A DNA stretch of 64,000 nucleotides. It comes from Balamuthia mandrillaris (taxonomy: Eukaryota). Position 1 is the first letter of the stretch; every line of letters begins with the position of its first letter. The notes under the pieces are model-generated. The model was not told the DNA's origin and made no database searches. It saw only the letters and a list, made by a program, of their open reading frames with translations. Made by a program: the position numbers and the translations under genes. The stretch covers positions 124,001 through 188,000 of the forward strand of contig JAVKOQ020000015.1 of NCBI GenBank assembly GCA_031835245.2, in the 5' to 3' direction. Positions 1 through 12,651 of the stretch are shown here, piece by piece.

Positions 1-1946
1 CTTCCTCTCGTTGCTGTTCTTTTTGTAAAGCCAATAACTCGAGTTCCTTTTGCCGAATCTGCATTTCCTGAGCTTCTAGTTCTCTGAGTTGTTGCCGTAT
101 CTCGAATTCTTCGTCTGATTGTAGTTCCTTTTGTTTCATTTCTTGGCTCAACAACTTCATGAAGAGATAATCCAAATCGAACTTGTCGCGAATGTATTCC
201 AACAACGAGACCAGCTTTTGCTTGTTGCCATTTACAATATCTTTGTTTTTTAAAAAGGAGTGGACGTGTGAGATGAGAGAGAGAGAGAGAGAGAGAGAGG
301 CAAGTGAGTATTGGCTACCTGGACCAGTGCAATCCGGAACGGTTTCAAACGTTTGGCTTTCTAGAAAGTTAAGCACCGTGGAAGCGTTGCGAATATACTG
401 CCACAAGTACTTCGGCTCCGGTTCGAACATATCTGCCGTTTGTCCTGTTAACACCTTTGAGCATTCAAATAATTAATATTCTCATGAAAGGCTAAAGCTT
501 AAATGGAGAAGAAAACAGAGAGAGAGAGAGAGAAGAGGAGGAGGAGGAGGAGGAGGAGGAGGAACCTGAAGAAGGTGCATCAAAACAACGCCAGAACGAA
601 GGCTAGAAGTAATGTTCGTTATTGGGCGAAGCGGAGAGCTTTCGCTTGAAATAAATTTGCTCAACTGGTGATTAACCCAATCCACCAACTCTTTTTCTCG
701 TGGCTCTAAAGTCTGATCGAAAAACAACAAAAGATAAGGAAACAGTTTCATATTGAGAGAGAGAGAGAGAGAACAGGATAGACAGCGACCTCATATGGTT
801 CTTCATAAGCATCAACCGAAAACTCAGTCATGACAAGAGATTGAGACCAGAGGCTCTTTGCAGAATGAGACTTCTGAATTTGAGGTCCGTTGTAAAAGTC
901 AAACGTTCTTACTTTGTTTCCTAACACTATTATGTTATTGATAACCTACGCTCGATCATATTAATAAGAAAAATAAAGATAACAGAGCAAAAATGAACGA
1001 TGACGATAGCAAGAAGAAGTAGCGGAAAGGAGAGCAAAAGAGCATAGCAAAGCAAGAAGAAGGAGGATGGGAAGAAGGAAATACCAAGCCAGGGTCCTTT
1101 TCTTCAGAAAGGTCAGTGGTGTTAAAAAGGTCACTCTCACGCAGACCCAATTCCCGACATGCATTCAAATAGCTTTCAATATTTTCCTGCAGAGAGGAGG
1201 GAGAGGGAGGGAGAGAGGGAGAGGGAGAGAGATGAGTTTTCTTCTCATGTATGTTTCTTTTTTTCTTTTTCTTTTGCTTCATCCTCATCACTTTCTTTCT
1301 TCAGCAATGGTTGACAAATGAACAAACCATTTGATGATACTGAATCTGGCTGGCATGAATCTTTTTCGAGATGATACCTGGTTTTATGGTATTAACCAAC
1401 CTGAGAGAGAAACAAGATCGCTGAGTTATTTTCCAAAGAAAAAAAACAATGTGACGTACTCGCAAAGCACAACTCCGGACTTTAAACACTGAATGAAAGA
1501 TGGTTGCGAGAGGTCTCGTTGCAAAGTGCTCTCCAACCAATGGCAAGCGATTCGCTCCAACTCGGCAGAGTACTTGAATTCTGCTTTTGTGGCGATGTCT
1601 TCCGTCAAACTGGTGACAGAAGGTAATTTTGAGGCAGAAGAAGAAAGAGAAAGGTGGTTGCTATTATAACTTGCACTTAAACTTGCTGGGCTGGTATTGT
1701 TGTTCGTGTTGTGAATAGTGTTTTTGGTGACAGTAGCAATGGCAAGAGGAGAAGACGAAGGAGCAAGAGTGGAACGAGATAAGAGAGGAGAGGAAGTGAC
1801 GGAGGAAGCGAGAGAAGGAGAAGGGGAAGCAGGAGACGCTGATGCTGATGTGAAGGATGCAGAACGAGGAGGTGGTAAAGACGACAGTCTACGGCGAGAG
1901 TATCTTAGTGGAGCATCACTTGTTGTTGTTAGACTTGATCTAAAAG

Positions 1947-1982
<36 letters not shown>

Positions 1983-2389
1983 TGATGAGTGTTACGAAAA
2001 CAAGAGAAGTTCAAGACGTAGAGTAGAACTTTAAAAAAAAAGGAGAGCAAACGAACAAAGCGACAGTGCCATGCTTTTGATGATACACAGAAAGAATGTT
2101 CAATGTTTTCAACACCTAAAGTGAGAAAAAAGAAAGTTATTTGTGATTGTTTAAAACTGACTATGAAGAAAGAGAGAAGCAGAGTAGCAGAGAAGGAGCA
2201 AAGAGAGAACGAGAAAGGAGGGAGAAGGAAGAGGAAAGACGGTAAACAAACTTTCATCATGTCTTTGCCCTCAAAGAGATCAAGCGTGACAAACAGGTTT
2301 GTCTGTGGAAAGCCTAACCGCTCGCATGCCTGCAAAAAGGAGCTTATGTTCTCCTTTTGGTTTTATTTAGTTTGGTAGAGCAGCAAACC

Positions 2390-2433
<44 letters not shown>

Positions 2434-2840
2434 AGGGAGAGGGAGAACGCGCGACGAAAGAGGAGTTTTAAACCATTTGTTTGAACGGAAGAGAGGAGGA
2501 ATGGATGCGAGGAACAATCTCTGGACAAATCTTATTTACAGCACTGAAAAGAAATCAAAAATCAGATTTATTTTGTAATTTTTTAAAAGAAAGAAAAGGG
2601 GAGAGAAAAAGCGTACCGACACAACAAAGAACCGTCATGAAGCAGCTCTCTCAAAGAGGCGCTCCGTGCTTGGTCATCGTCGTCGTCCCCGTCACTCTCC
2701 GACAAAACTGTAAACAACCATTTCCGCACCCTCCTCTCTAACTCCAGGTCATATTTCTCACCAATGGAGCCTCCGGCCTCATCCGCACTGCTGCTGCCAC
2801 CACCACCACCACAGCTCGAGGTCTTTGGATCCACGTTCAT
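1..2840 (-). CDS. Multi-exon protein with three calponin-homology (CH) domains followed by coiled coil; 3' end runs off the window
   Basis: Spliced translation from ATG 2840 gives three CH-like units: KYDLELERRVRKWL..LHDGSLLC/RAVNKI..ENISSFLQACERLG..LFVTLDLFE; KYSAELERIACHWL..LKSGVVLCELVNTIKPG..ENIESYLNACRELGL..LFNTTDL; and ELVDWVNHQL..ITNITSSLRSGVVLMHLL..DIVNGN. GT-AG junctions are in phase. Confidence 0.85.
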
Positions 2841-2908
2841 CTCTCCTCCTCCTTGCTTTTCTTTCTTGTCGTTTTTCCTTTTGGTTTTGGCGGTAATTAT
2901 CCCATTGC

Positions 2909-3075
2909 ATTCTTTACATTCTATGCATACGGAACATTTCACATAGTAATCATTGTTTGCATATTTTGAATAATTTAACATATCATCGCAAATTCTTTAC
3001 ATTCTATGCATACACAACATTTTATACATAATTCACATAGTAGTCATTGTTTGCATATTTTGATTAAATTTACAT
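2909..3075. repeat. AT-rich imperfect tandem duplication (2 copies, about 75-85 bp each)
   Basis: attctttacattctatgcatac..ttcacatagta.tcattgtttgcatattttga occurs at about 2909-2981 and again at about 2992-3075. Confidence 0.85.
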
Positions 3076-3168
3076 GAGGAGTATTTCTACTATTTTCTTG
3101 GTAATTTTTTGGATCGGGGAAAAAAAAAGAGAGTCGGCCAAAAGGGAAGAGAGAATGATTGTGATGGC

Positions 3169-6100
3169 TCAAATGGCCACTTGGTCATCGCCTCCTTCTG
3201 TGCCATCTCCACTGCGTCGACTTTGGCCGCCGCCGCCCAAGCCAAAGGCAGCCTTCTCCATGTCCCCTCCATCGTTCCAATCAAAGCCGTAGGGCATGCC
3301 TCCGCCAAGACTCATGTTTAATCCTTTCAACGACGGCAAAGATGGCTTCCTTCCGTTCAGTGTTGGTGTTGTCTTTGGTTCTTCCTCCTTTTTCTCCTTC
3401 CGTTCCTCTTCCACATCCATGCTATCCGCTCCTTTCTCGGTTTCTTCCTCTCCATCACCACCATTTGATTCAACATTTCCATGCCCATTGCCATTTGTTT
3501 CGTTTTCTTCGTGTTGTTTTCGTGACGATGATAAAAGGTCCTTTCGCCGCAACTTTGCAACTTCCAATGTAGAAACTGCCGCCACAATGTTGGAAGTAGA
3601 AGAGGTCGCGACCTGTTGCTCGAACGAAGCCATAATCATGGTCTGCTCCATCATATTGACCGTCTGTGTGACCCTCTCCCTCTCCAACTTGGCCTGCGCG
3701 CGCAGCCTCTCCCTCTCCTTCTGCGCTGCGAGCTCCGCTTCCTCCGCCAACTTTTTCTTTCGCTCCTCCTCGGCTTCGTATTCTTTCCGCCGACGTTCCT
3801 CCTCCAAGCGGCGCTCTTCCTCCATTTTGAGACGTTGTTGCCTAAGTTCTTCCTCTCGCTTGGCTTCCAGTTGGAGACGTTCCTCCTCGCGCTTCTTGTT
3901 GATCATTTTGCGGGTTTGAAAGGCGGACCACGTTTTGTCTCCTTGTTGCTGAGAAGAGGAAGAAGAGGAAGAGGTCTCATCGTCGGCGCTTAGCTCGCTC
4001 CATGCTTCTACATTTTTTATTTCTACCACCTGTTTTTGTTTTTTAAAAAAAGGAAGTTAGAGAAAAACAGAAGACATACAGCGTAAAATATTAGATAGAA
4101 AAGAACCTTTGTTTGAGTATCGATGGAAGCGGGTAAAGCGACCGGAAGAGGAGCGGTGATTTCGTCCTTCGCCGTTGCAACAGCCGGTGTAGGCGTTGTC
4201 ATCAAGTCCGTCGTGGCAGACAACAATGAAGAGGAGGAAGCTGCTTTGATGGGGCCGTCCGACGAAGAAGACACGCCAAAAGAGATGAGTGAGCTAGAAG
4301 CAGACAAACTACTCGTCGTTGCTGTTGTGGCGCTCGCTGAAGACATCAGAGGGTTGGAGACTGCTAAGTATTTTTGAGGGTTTGGTTTGGAGGGGATTTT
4401 TTGTCAGAGATGATGTTGAAGAGAGGCGAAGAGATTGGCTAAAAGTGGCATTATTTTTGGGTGGAACAAAAATAAGGGATAAAGGAGAGAATAGAAAGAG
4501 AAAGAACGAGTGGAGAGAAAGAGGTAAGGAAAGAAAAGAATAGGAGAGAAAGGAAGAGAGGGAAGCAGGCGGTAAGAACACTTGGTGGAAAAGACAGAAA
4601 AAAAAGGAAAAACAAATCTCTTCTCACCGAGGTTTACCTTTAGCAGCCTCCTTCGATGCAGAGGAGGAAAGAGGAGAAGTCAAAGAAGAAGAGGAAGAAG
4701 AGACCAAAGAGGAAGTAGGTGCACCACTTCCTCCTGTTCCCTCTCCTCCGTTCTTGTTGTTGCTGCTGCTGTCCCTCTCTTCGCTTTCGGTGTCGCTCGA
4801 GTCGGTGCTATCGCTGTCCGAGTCAGAGGAGCTCGACTCGCTGCTGTCGCTCTCGCTGTCGCTGCTATCACTAGAGCTGCTCTCCTCTTCCTCCTCTTCT
4901 TCCGCTGTTCTCTTCTCCCTTTTCTTCTTTTTCTTCCCTTCCTTCTTCTCCTGCTCTTGCTGCTGCAAGCTTCTCTTTTGCAACTCGGCTGCTGTGATGG
5001 GTCCGTCATCCACCACATAGGCCTTGTTGGTAATAGCTTGCGTCTTTTGCGTCAACTCCCGAATTTGCTGCTCCACACTCGCAATCTTTTCCGAAGTGCC
5101 CTTCTCCGAGGCTTTGGCTGCCTCCAACTTGCTTGTTGTTTGAGAACCTCTGCGCCGCGAACGAGATCGGTTCCTGCTGCTGCTGCTGCTCCTACTTTTA
5201 CTGCTCCCATTTCCGGTTCCATTGGTGCCTGATAATGCAGAGGCGACGTATCGTTCGAGATGTCTAAGAGTGCCAGTATTGAGAGCGTCCAACTCTATTT
5301 CTATCTCCTCGCCAGAGGCCGCCAGCTCTGGCATGCGCTCTGAAATGATTTTCACAACCATCCCCAACGCCTCCATGGGAAGCTTGTTGATGTTCATGCT
5401 CAGTTCCTTCTTCTCTTCAAAGGTCATTGGTTTGTTGCTCGGTTTGTGCTGTTGTTTGCTGCTGGAACGAGAGCTGCCACCGCCGCTGCTCCTGCTGCCG
5501 TTGGCAACCTTCTGTCGCATGACTTTCGCCAGTTCCTGCTTGACGGAGGCGACAGAGTTGCGCAGCTCTTTGATTGTTTCTTCCATTCCTGACTTGATGC
5601 TTTCCTCTTCTGTTGTAATGAAAAATTCACGGGTCAGCTTCTGGGAGAGGAGAGGCAGAGGAGAGCGGAGCGTACTCTCTTCGAGTTTCGATTTGATCTT
5701 CTCAAATCTGGTCTCAAACAAGTCCGACAAAGTTGAAGCCATAACACAAATATCCGAACCAGGCCGATTGTACAGCAAGGCATTGCTCCAAACCAGCCGC
5801 ACATCCTCCGCAAAGTCATCTTCATTGTCGTAGAGAGCAGCTTCCAGGTTGGACTTGATGGTGCCCAAGTCCATTGGATGCTTGATGACAGTGAAGTAGT
5901 CTGGAATGCCGAGGGCCACTGGGTCGACTGGTTGGTTGAAGGGCCAGCCGTAGCGATGGTTCATTAGCACGCGCAACAGCTTCTGACACTCCTTGAGAGC
6001 GAAGCTGAGGGAGGTTTGGTCGTCGGCGTTGTCTACATAGCGGTTGGACTTGCGACGTGGCCGCTGCGCTCTTCGTGCAGGTGTCTGAGCTGTAGTTGTT

Positions 6101-6587
6101 GGTGTTGCTGGTGTTTTCTATCGAAAAATAACACAAATAAAAGTCAGCGAGGAAAAAAAAAAGATAATGAAAGCAAAAGGGAGAGAAGACATACCCGTTT
6201 GCGCGATTCTTTTTGTTGTTTCGGCCGTGCTGCTGGACTCTCCACAGCGGCACTTGTTGCCGAGGCTGCCGTAGTTGCAGCGGCGCCTTTCCCCCCACGT
6301 TTAGCGGGAGTTCGTTTGGGTGCTGTTGTTGCTTGTGCTGTAGACCGTGAAGTTCTGGTTTTGGACGTGGCGGGTGCCGAAGAAGAAGCAGGTGATGGTT
6401 GTTTTGTTTCCAGTGCTTTCAAGGCACTGAGTTTTGTTTCAATGCTTTGCAGCTCACGCAGCGTCTCTTCAAGTTTCTTCTGTTTTTGAATTTTGCTTGG
6501 ATCGGGTTCTGACTTTGGCTTTTTCGTTGTGTTGTTTTTGCTGGGAGGAGACCGCACCTAGTATATCCAGTCAGGAGGGATGGGCGG

Positions 6588-6628
<41 letters not shown>

Positions 6629-7282
6629 GAGAGAGGAAAGAGAGAGACTTACTGCAGCTGCATCGGGAGAGACATAGTCTGCAAAATTTGTCTTTCTCCG
6701 TTGCCGCTTGCCAAGCACTGACTTCTCCTCCTCTTTCTGTGGTTCTGGCGTTGCTAGAACAGGCACCCAGGCATAGCCTTTTTGCGTTTTGTTCTTCAGT
6801 TGTGCAACTTGATCCGCGTTAAGCACGGCCTCCTTCGTTCCTTTGGGAAGCGTTACCTGAAAGCAAACAAAGAAAAAAGAGAAGACAAAGAAAGAAAGAA
6901 AGAAAAATAAACAGAAAGTAAGCAACCGAGCAAAACAGGCGAAAGAGAATGAAGATGAAACGAGAGCAAAAGTAGATGAAATAAAGGGATGACGAATTCC
7001 AATGGAGGGCCGTTTATTGGCTTTGCAGGAGAGAGAAGTAGCGTGGGAGAGAAGTGCAAACAAAAAGAGTGGGGAGGAAAAAGAGAAGGTATGAACCTTT
7101 TCCTGTACATTTCCTTCCCCAACCGTTGGTTTATCCTGGTGGTTGGTGTCGTTGTGATTGCCCTCCCCGTTGGCCTGCGCCGCGATAGCAGCGCCGTCTT
7201 CCGAGTTAATGGGTTGGTGCTCCGTTTGTTGTTGTGTAGTAGCGGTGGAAGATGTGGCAGCATCCTCCACAACTTGATCCAT
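3169..7282 (-). CDS. BET/GTE-type bromodomain + ET domain protein
   Basis: Bromodomain HRYGWPFNQPVDPVALGIPDYFTVIKHPMDLGTIK..NALLYN; ET domain KPMTFEEKKELSMNINKLP..EIEIELDAL; Ser/Asp-rich tract; C-terminal IKNVEAWSEL..WSAFQ and coiled coil. About 8 exons with compatible phases. Confidence 0.9.
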
Positions 7283-8579
7283 TTGATTCGTGTTGAACGT
7301 GATTTTCGATTTCTTCGAGCGAGGACGGTGAGACGATGTGAATGTGTTGGACGGAAGATGAAAATAGATTCAGAGTAGCGATGAAGATGATATCTATCCA
7401 ATCAAACAGGTGCAAAAATAAATAAGGGGGACAGATATGTGCACGAAAAACCGCCTTTCAAGATGATTTCGATTCGTTTTTTTTTTTCCTGGTTTGAAAA
7501 AAAAAATCAGCTCCAACCAATCCGCAAAGCGTTGTGTGTGTGATGTGGTGCAATAGCTGGTGAAGAGGCGCTGTGTAGCGAACGGTTGTCTCTCTCTACC
7601 CTTTTTTTTCTTTTCCAAACCAAAAGAAAAAAATTAACGTCGACCTTAAAAAAACTGCTCAACCAAAAGGCGGGAAAAAAAAATTAGGGAGGGAAAAGTA
7701 GCGGAGGAATTTTTCAATGCTTTACCTGACCCCCAAAGGCTTGCCTACGTGTCCACCATGCGTTGTGTCAAACGAGGAAACAGAAAAAGTGGAGGAAAAA
7801 AAGTGGGCGTTTTTATGTATGAGGACGGAGTCACAAACGGAGTTTTAATCAACCAATGGGGTGATGCCATGCGAATCCCTTTTAACCCTCAGGGACATTT
7901 TACAAGTTGCCCAGCGAAAAAATGAAGCGCGGGAAACGGACACCAGAAAAAAGTCAAACGGCTACTTCGGAACCTTCCTGGAATTATCCGGTAACAACCC
8001 TAACCGCCAAACCCTAACCTACAGCATCCTCCACCCTCTTCCCCCGCGCACCTGACTTTATTTTTTCTCGCTTGCCCACTCCCAGGGATGCTCGTCGTTG
8101 GATTTTTTTTTTCGATGACCAGATCGAAGAACTCGTACCCACTGTAGACTTTAGCACGGTGTGGCAGCAAAAATCGCGAGGTCGACCGAGAACGTGCTTG
8201 TTCCTGAGGATAAAGAAAAAGACGTTTAAGATTTGAAAACAACGTGATTCAAAAAACCACAGTTGAGGGGGTGAAAAAAAAGGAAACAATTCGCACCCTT
8301 GCTGTTACTACCGCAAAGTTACATGATGAGCAACAGCGAAAAAGAACAAGCCACGCGTCGCAGCGAAAAAAAAAAAAATCTCTTCCTTCTGCTCCTCCAC
8401 CACTTCCAAATTTCTTTCTTCTTCCTTTCTTGCTGTCTTGCCTTTTTTTCTCGCTTTTCTCCTCGCATTGATTTCTCGAGGGTTTTTTTTTGCTTCGGTC
8501 AGCTGTCGACAACAAACCGGCCGGATGGAAAAAACTCATTTTTCCTATTTTTCACATTTTATTCCCATTTTTCACCCAA

Positions 8580-9705
8580 TCACAGACTTTCGGAGTTTGT
8601 CCGTGGTTCTTCCCAACCTGTGGGCAAATTGTGCTCTGGATGGGCAGTGCTGAAATCGTACACCACTATGGAGCGATCGTCGCTGGCCGAGACGAGGCGC
8701 CAAGGGGAGAACCGGATGGAGAGCAGCAGCCCACGACGGCCGTGGCATGCAGGCATGGCGAGCTGGTAGTTCTCTGGGACTTTGCTGGAGGCATCCTCAA
8801 AGCGGCTGGATACGTCGAACCATACTTTGGAAGCATCGCCAGATGCTGGTATCATGGTGATGTGAGCAGAGAACCTTTTGCATATGAGAGAAGAGAGGGA
8901 AACTAAATACCTGTGGCAAGTTTGTCTGACTCAAAGTGAAGAGAAAAGACCGTTTGTTTGTGAGGAGCAAGATGAGAGAGAACTCGTCCCTGATGCAAAG
9001 ACCACACCTGCACGTTGCTCAGGCTCTCCGTTGTATAGCCAAACGGCCCAGTGCCTATAGCAACAATCGCATTCTCCTCTCCCATCGACCAGATGCCTCC
9101 GGGTACCAGGCAGTCAAACTCAAAGACGCATTGGCCGGAGGAGCTGTCCCAGCAGCGCACGGTGCCGTCCTCGGAGCAAGAGAGAAGGGCCTTGCCGCCA
9201 CCAAAGGAGGCGAAGCGGACGCAACGGACAAGCTTGGTGTGGCCCGTGAAGGAGGAGATATTTTGCATCGTCTCCACATCGATCAGTTGGACTAGTAGAA
9301 GAGAACAGAGCAGTACACAAGCAAAGAAAGAAGAGATGAACGAGTAAGATTAAAAAAATAAAGAGCAAAGAACAGAAAAAAAAAGGAGTAGACGGAAAGA
9401 GTAGAACGAAGAACGGAACAGGCATTTTTTAGGGTTAGTAGGATAAGTTTACTGGCCAAGAAGAGTTTGAATAACGAACCCGTAGTATCATTTGAGCCCG
9501 ACACCAAACGGTTGGTTGGTTGATGCAAGTGAATGGACCGTACTATCCCGTTATGCGCAGTGATTTCAGCTCTCTCTTCAAACGTATCATAGTCGAACGC
9601 TGACAGATAGATAGAGAGGCATCAGAAATCAATATAAAAGAGTTAACCAGCAAACGACAGATAAAGAGAAACAGAAGCAGAGAGAGATAGAGAGAAAAGG
9701 GATGT

Positions 9706-9741
<36 letters not shown>

Positions 9742-10687
9742 AGACAAAGGAAGAGTGAGAGCGAGAGAGAGAAAGAGAGAGAGAGAAGTTAAAAGGAATT
9801 GAAGAAAGATAGAAAGAAATATAAGCATATAGAGAAAAGGGATGAGAGAAGAGATAAAAGATAAGAGAGAGAGAGACAAATAAAAGCGACTCACCTTTGA
9901 TCGAATGGTCATTGGACCCACTAAACACCTTCCTCGCGGTGGTATGCATCTGCAACGACCTCACCCAGTTCCTATGCGCTTTCACCTCTCTCGTCTTGGG
10001 CTCCGCCGCCTCGATGGGAAAGGGGTCCTTTGTCTGGTCGGGAGCAGGCGGGGAGAGATCCCACTCCTTGATGAAGCCCTCATGATTGCCGCTGAGCAGC
10101 TTCACGCCTCTCCCGTCCTCCCTCTCCTCCTCCTCAAGGAGGTGAACGCACTGCACGCCATGGGCGTCCCTCAGGACCCTGACGTTGCAGCGGCCTCTCC
10201 TCCAGTTGGACTCGCTCAAAAAGGCTCTTTTGTAGAAAGAAGAGGAAGAAGAGGAGGAGGAGGAGGAGGAGGAAGAAGGAGAGAAAGAAGGAGAAGAAGA
10301 AAACGTGAAGCCAAAAGGAAAAGAAGACGAAGCAGAGGTGGAGGCCACGAGAGAGACGGCTTGTCGCCATTGCGCGGTGTAGCGGGCGTAGTGAGCGGCG
10401 TGGAGGATGCGCCAGACGGAGTTGTCGTCGGTGAGGGCGTGCCATTGGGAGTTCAGGGTGGAGAGGCAGCAGGCCACCTCCCGCAGGGTGAGGTACTGGA
10501 AGATGTGGAGGAGGATCTCGGTGGGGAGGCAGGAGAAGGCCCCAAAGAGCGTTTTGGCGCCGGTGAAGGGATTATTAGTATCATCCGGTGGTGGAAAACA
10601 AGAAGAAGAAGGAGAAGGAGAAGAGTCTTCGGCTGCTGGCGATACACCGTCAGGTAGCGTGTTGGTTGGGTTCTTGGGTGGCTGCAT
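8580..10687 (-). CDS. F-box/WD40-repeat protein (FBXW7/beta-TrCP-like architecture)
   Basis: F-box LPTEILLHIFQYL..LNSQWHALTDDNSVWR, linker ESNWRRG, WD repeats (AHRNWVRSL..SGSNDHSIK, GHTKLVRCV..SCSEDGTVRCWD). Four exons join in phase. Confidence 0.9.
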
Positions 10688-11018
10688 TTTTCTCTCTTTA
10701 TTGATTGTTTTCTTTTGTTTTATTTTTTGGTTGTTCGGAATCCTATTATCGTATTATCGTATTATCGTATTATTTTCGTTTCTTCCTCAACAAACATCCT
10801 ACGAGTCGCGCTTACAATCTATCCTATTAGTTGATAAATTTTTGTAGACATTGCGCTCCTCGCGTTCGACTCTCACCTGGGTTCGAGTTTTTCCTTAATT
10901 TTTTGTTTTATTGCGAGGCGCTAGCATGTTGCTTGGCTTCGGTTTTTTGCTGTTGTGGTTCGGTTTCATACAAAGATCAGCAGTTGGGCAGAGGGAATGG
11001 GAAATAAAAAAAGGGAGT

Positions 11019-12276
11019 TCAAGAAAAGAAGTCCAAGTTCATTTTGGCCTTTTCCATCTCGTGGAAAAACTGATAAAATTGTGGTAATGTCAATTCTGAA
11101 TGATCAAAATACAAAGTCAGGCTTGCATGAAACAAGAAGAGGAGGAGGAGGAAGAAGAAGAACAAGAGGAAGAAGAACAAGATGATGATGAAGAAGAAGA
11201 ACAAGAACAAGAAGAACAAGGAGAGTTGAGGTACCCATATTCACATATTCGGTCTTGTCTCCTCCCTTGTTGAGGGCCAATTTCAGTTGTAAGAACGACG
11301 TGCCCACCCTAAACACCTCGCTCGTCGCTGATGTCACTGTTTCGCACCAAGCATAAGAAAGACACGATTTAAAAATAGTATAATGGAGAGATACGAGAGG
11401 AAGCAGGCAACATAAGAGAGAGAAAAAGAAGAGGAACGAAAAAAAAAAAAACAAAAAGGATACTAACCTCCAAAGCGCCACTCCAGGTCGACAAGTTCAT
11501 TGACCATAAGAGTGGAGTTGCTGGCCGCTCTAGATATGTTGATGAAGTGGCTCTTCCACAGTTGGGCCGCCTCTTCCGCCTTCTCCTCCGCAATGCCGAG
11601 CTGCACGAGGTCTTCCTTCACGTAGGCAGGTGTTAGATTGTTTTTCAGAGCTCCTTTGAAGAAGTGCAGAATGATGGTGATGTCAAGGAAACGTGTTTCG
11701 TTCAAAAGACATGACAACGAGAAACAAAAAAACTAAAGCAACACAAGGCGAAAGAAAGAAAGAAAGAAAGAAAGAAACGACAAGAAAGAAACGACAAGAA
11801 AGAAACGACAAGAAACGACAAGAAACGACAAGAAAGAAAGAAAGAACCAAAGAAACAAACGACAAGAAACAACGAAAGAAACGACAACAAAGAAGGAAAC
11901 AACAAGGAAGAAAGAAACATCAAAAAACAAACATAGAAAGAAAATTGCAAAAAGGATATGACCAAAGCGCCACGCAGCGTGTTCTTCAGAGCGTTCAAGC
12001 TGATGCCGTTGCTCTCCGCAAACTCAGAGACGCCCTCCATGAAGGCCTCAGAGGTTCCACCGCCCATAAAACGCATGATCAAGGAAATGAACTCGTGAAA
12101 CTGTTCCTCAGAGAAGCTGTTCAGCGGCTTCAGGTCCGCAAAGAGGCTCTCATCGGGATCCCCTTTTTTTAAAAAAAATAATAATCAAAACAAGTGGCAA
12201 AGAAAAAAAAAATGTGAAGAGAGAGGAATATGGTAAAGGTTCTTTTTAAACCTTGCACGAATCGAAAAGTGGGCAT
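11019..12276 (-). CDS. COMMD7: COMM domain-containing protein 7
   Basis: COMM domain LVDLEWRFGVTSATSEVFRVGTSFLQLKL..ELTLPQFYQFFHEMEKAK; N-terminal part is colinear with COMMD7 as recalled. Five exons; intron 2 is AT-AC. Confidence 0.9.
11664..11959 (-). other. U12-type (minor spliceosome) AT-AC intron in COMMD7
   Basis: Donor |ATATCCTTT at 11959, branch site TTCCTTGAC at 11690-11682, acceptor AC| at 11664. Removal gives in-frame GALV/FFKGALK. The nearby GT/AG pair I tested produces an immediate stop. Confidence 0.9.
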
Positions 12277-12513
12277 CGCGTGAACGGATTTAATCCAAAA
12301 GTTTTTCTTTTTCGTTTGCTTTTTTTCAGGAATTCAAGGAATGTAAAGCATGACAGCTGATAAGCAGCACAAATGGTGCAGCACGAATGCAGTTTTTGTG
12401 TACAAATTGTGTCGACGTTTTAAGGTACCACCTTAATCTCTAAACAAATATAACAATAAAAAAACAAAACAACAAAGAAGAAGACGAAGAAGGTTTCTAG
12501 TGCTGCCCCCCCT

Positions 12514-12552
<39 letters not shown>

Positions 12553-12563
12553 TATGTTTTTAT

Positions 12564-12651
12564 GTTCCATATGATGATTTTATTCTTCAATTACATGTCT
12601 TTAACCTTCTGATGTTTATTTTTGTGAAGATAACAAAACTACTGATGGAAC
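12564..12651 (+). ncRNA. Candidate box C/D snoRNA (target not identified) inside an intron of a putative non-coding host transcript
   Basis: Box C ATGATGA 12571-12577, D' CTGA 12609-12612, C' GTGAAGA 12624-12630, D CTGA 12642-12645, perfect 6-bp terminal stem GTTCCA/TGGAAC. Flanked by donor AAG|GTTTCT (12493), TACTAAC (12714-12720) and TAG| (12751). Confidence 0.75.

Noticed and set aside
7715..7760. ATGCTTTACCTG resembling the U1 snRNA 5' end
   Set aside because: Inexact match, with no U1 stem-loops or Sm site downstream.
10860..10892. Two B-box-like motifs (GTTCGACTC, GGTTCGAGT) suggesting a tRNA
   Set aside because: No cloverleaf or A box could be built.
11454..11467. GTATCCTTTT 4 nt inside COMMD7 intron 3 as a second U12 donor
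   Set aside because: Using it breaks the frame and no U12 branch site is present; the GTTAGT donor restores FGVTS.
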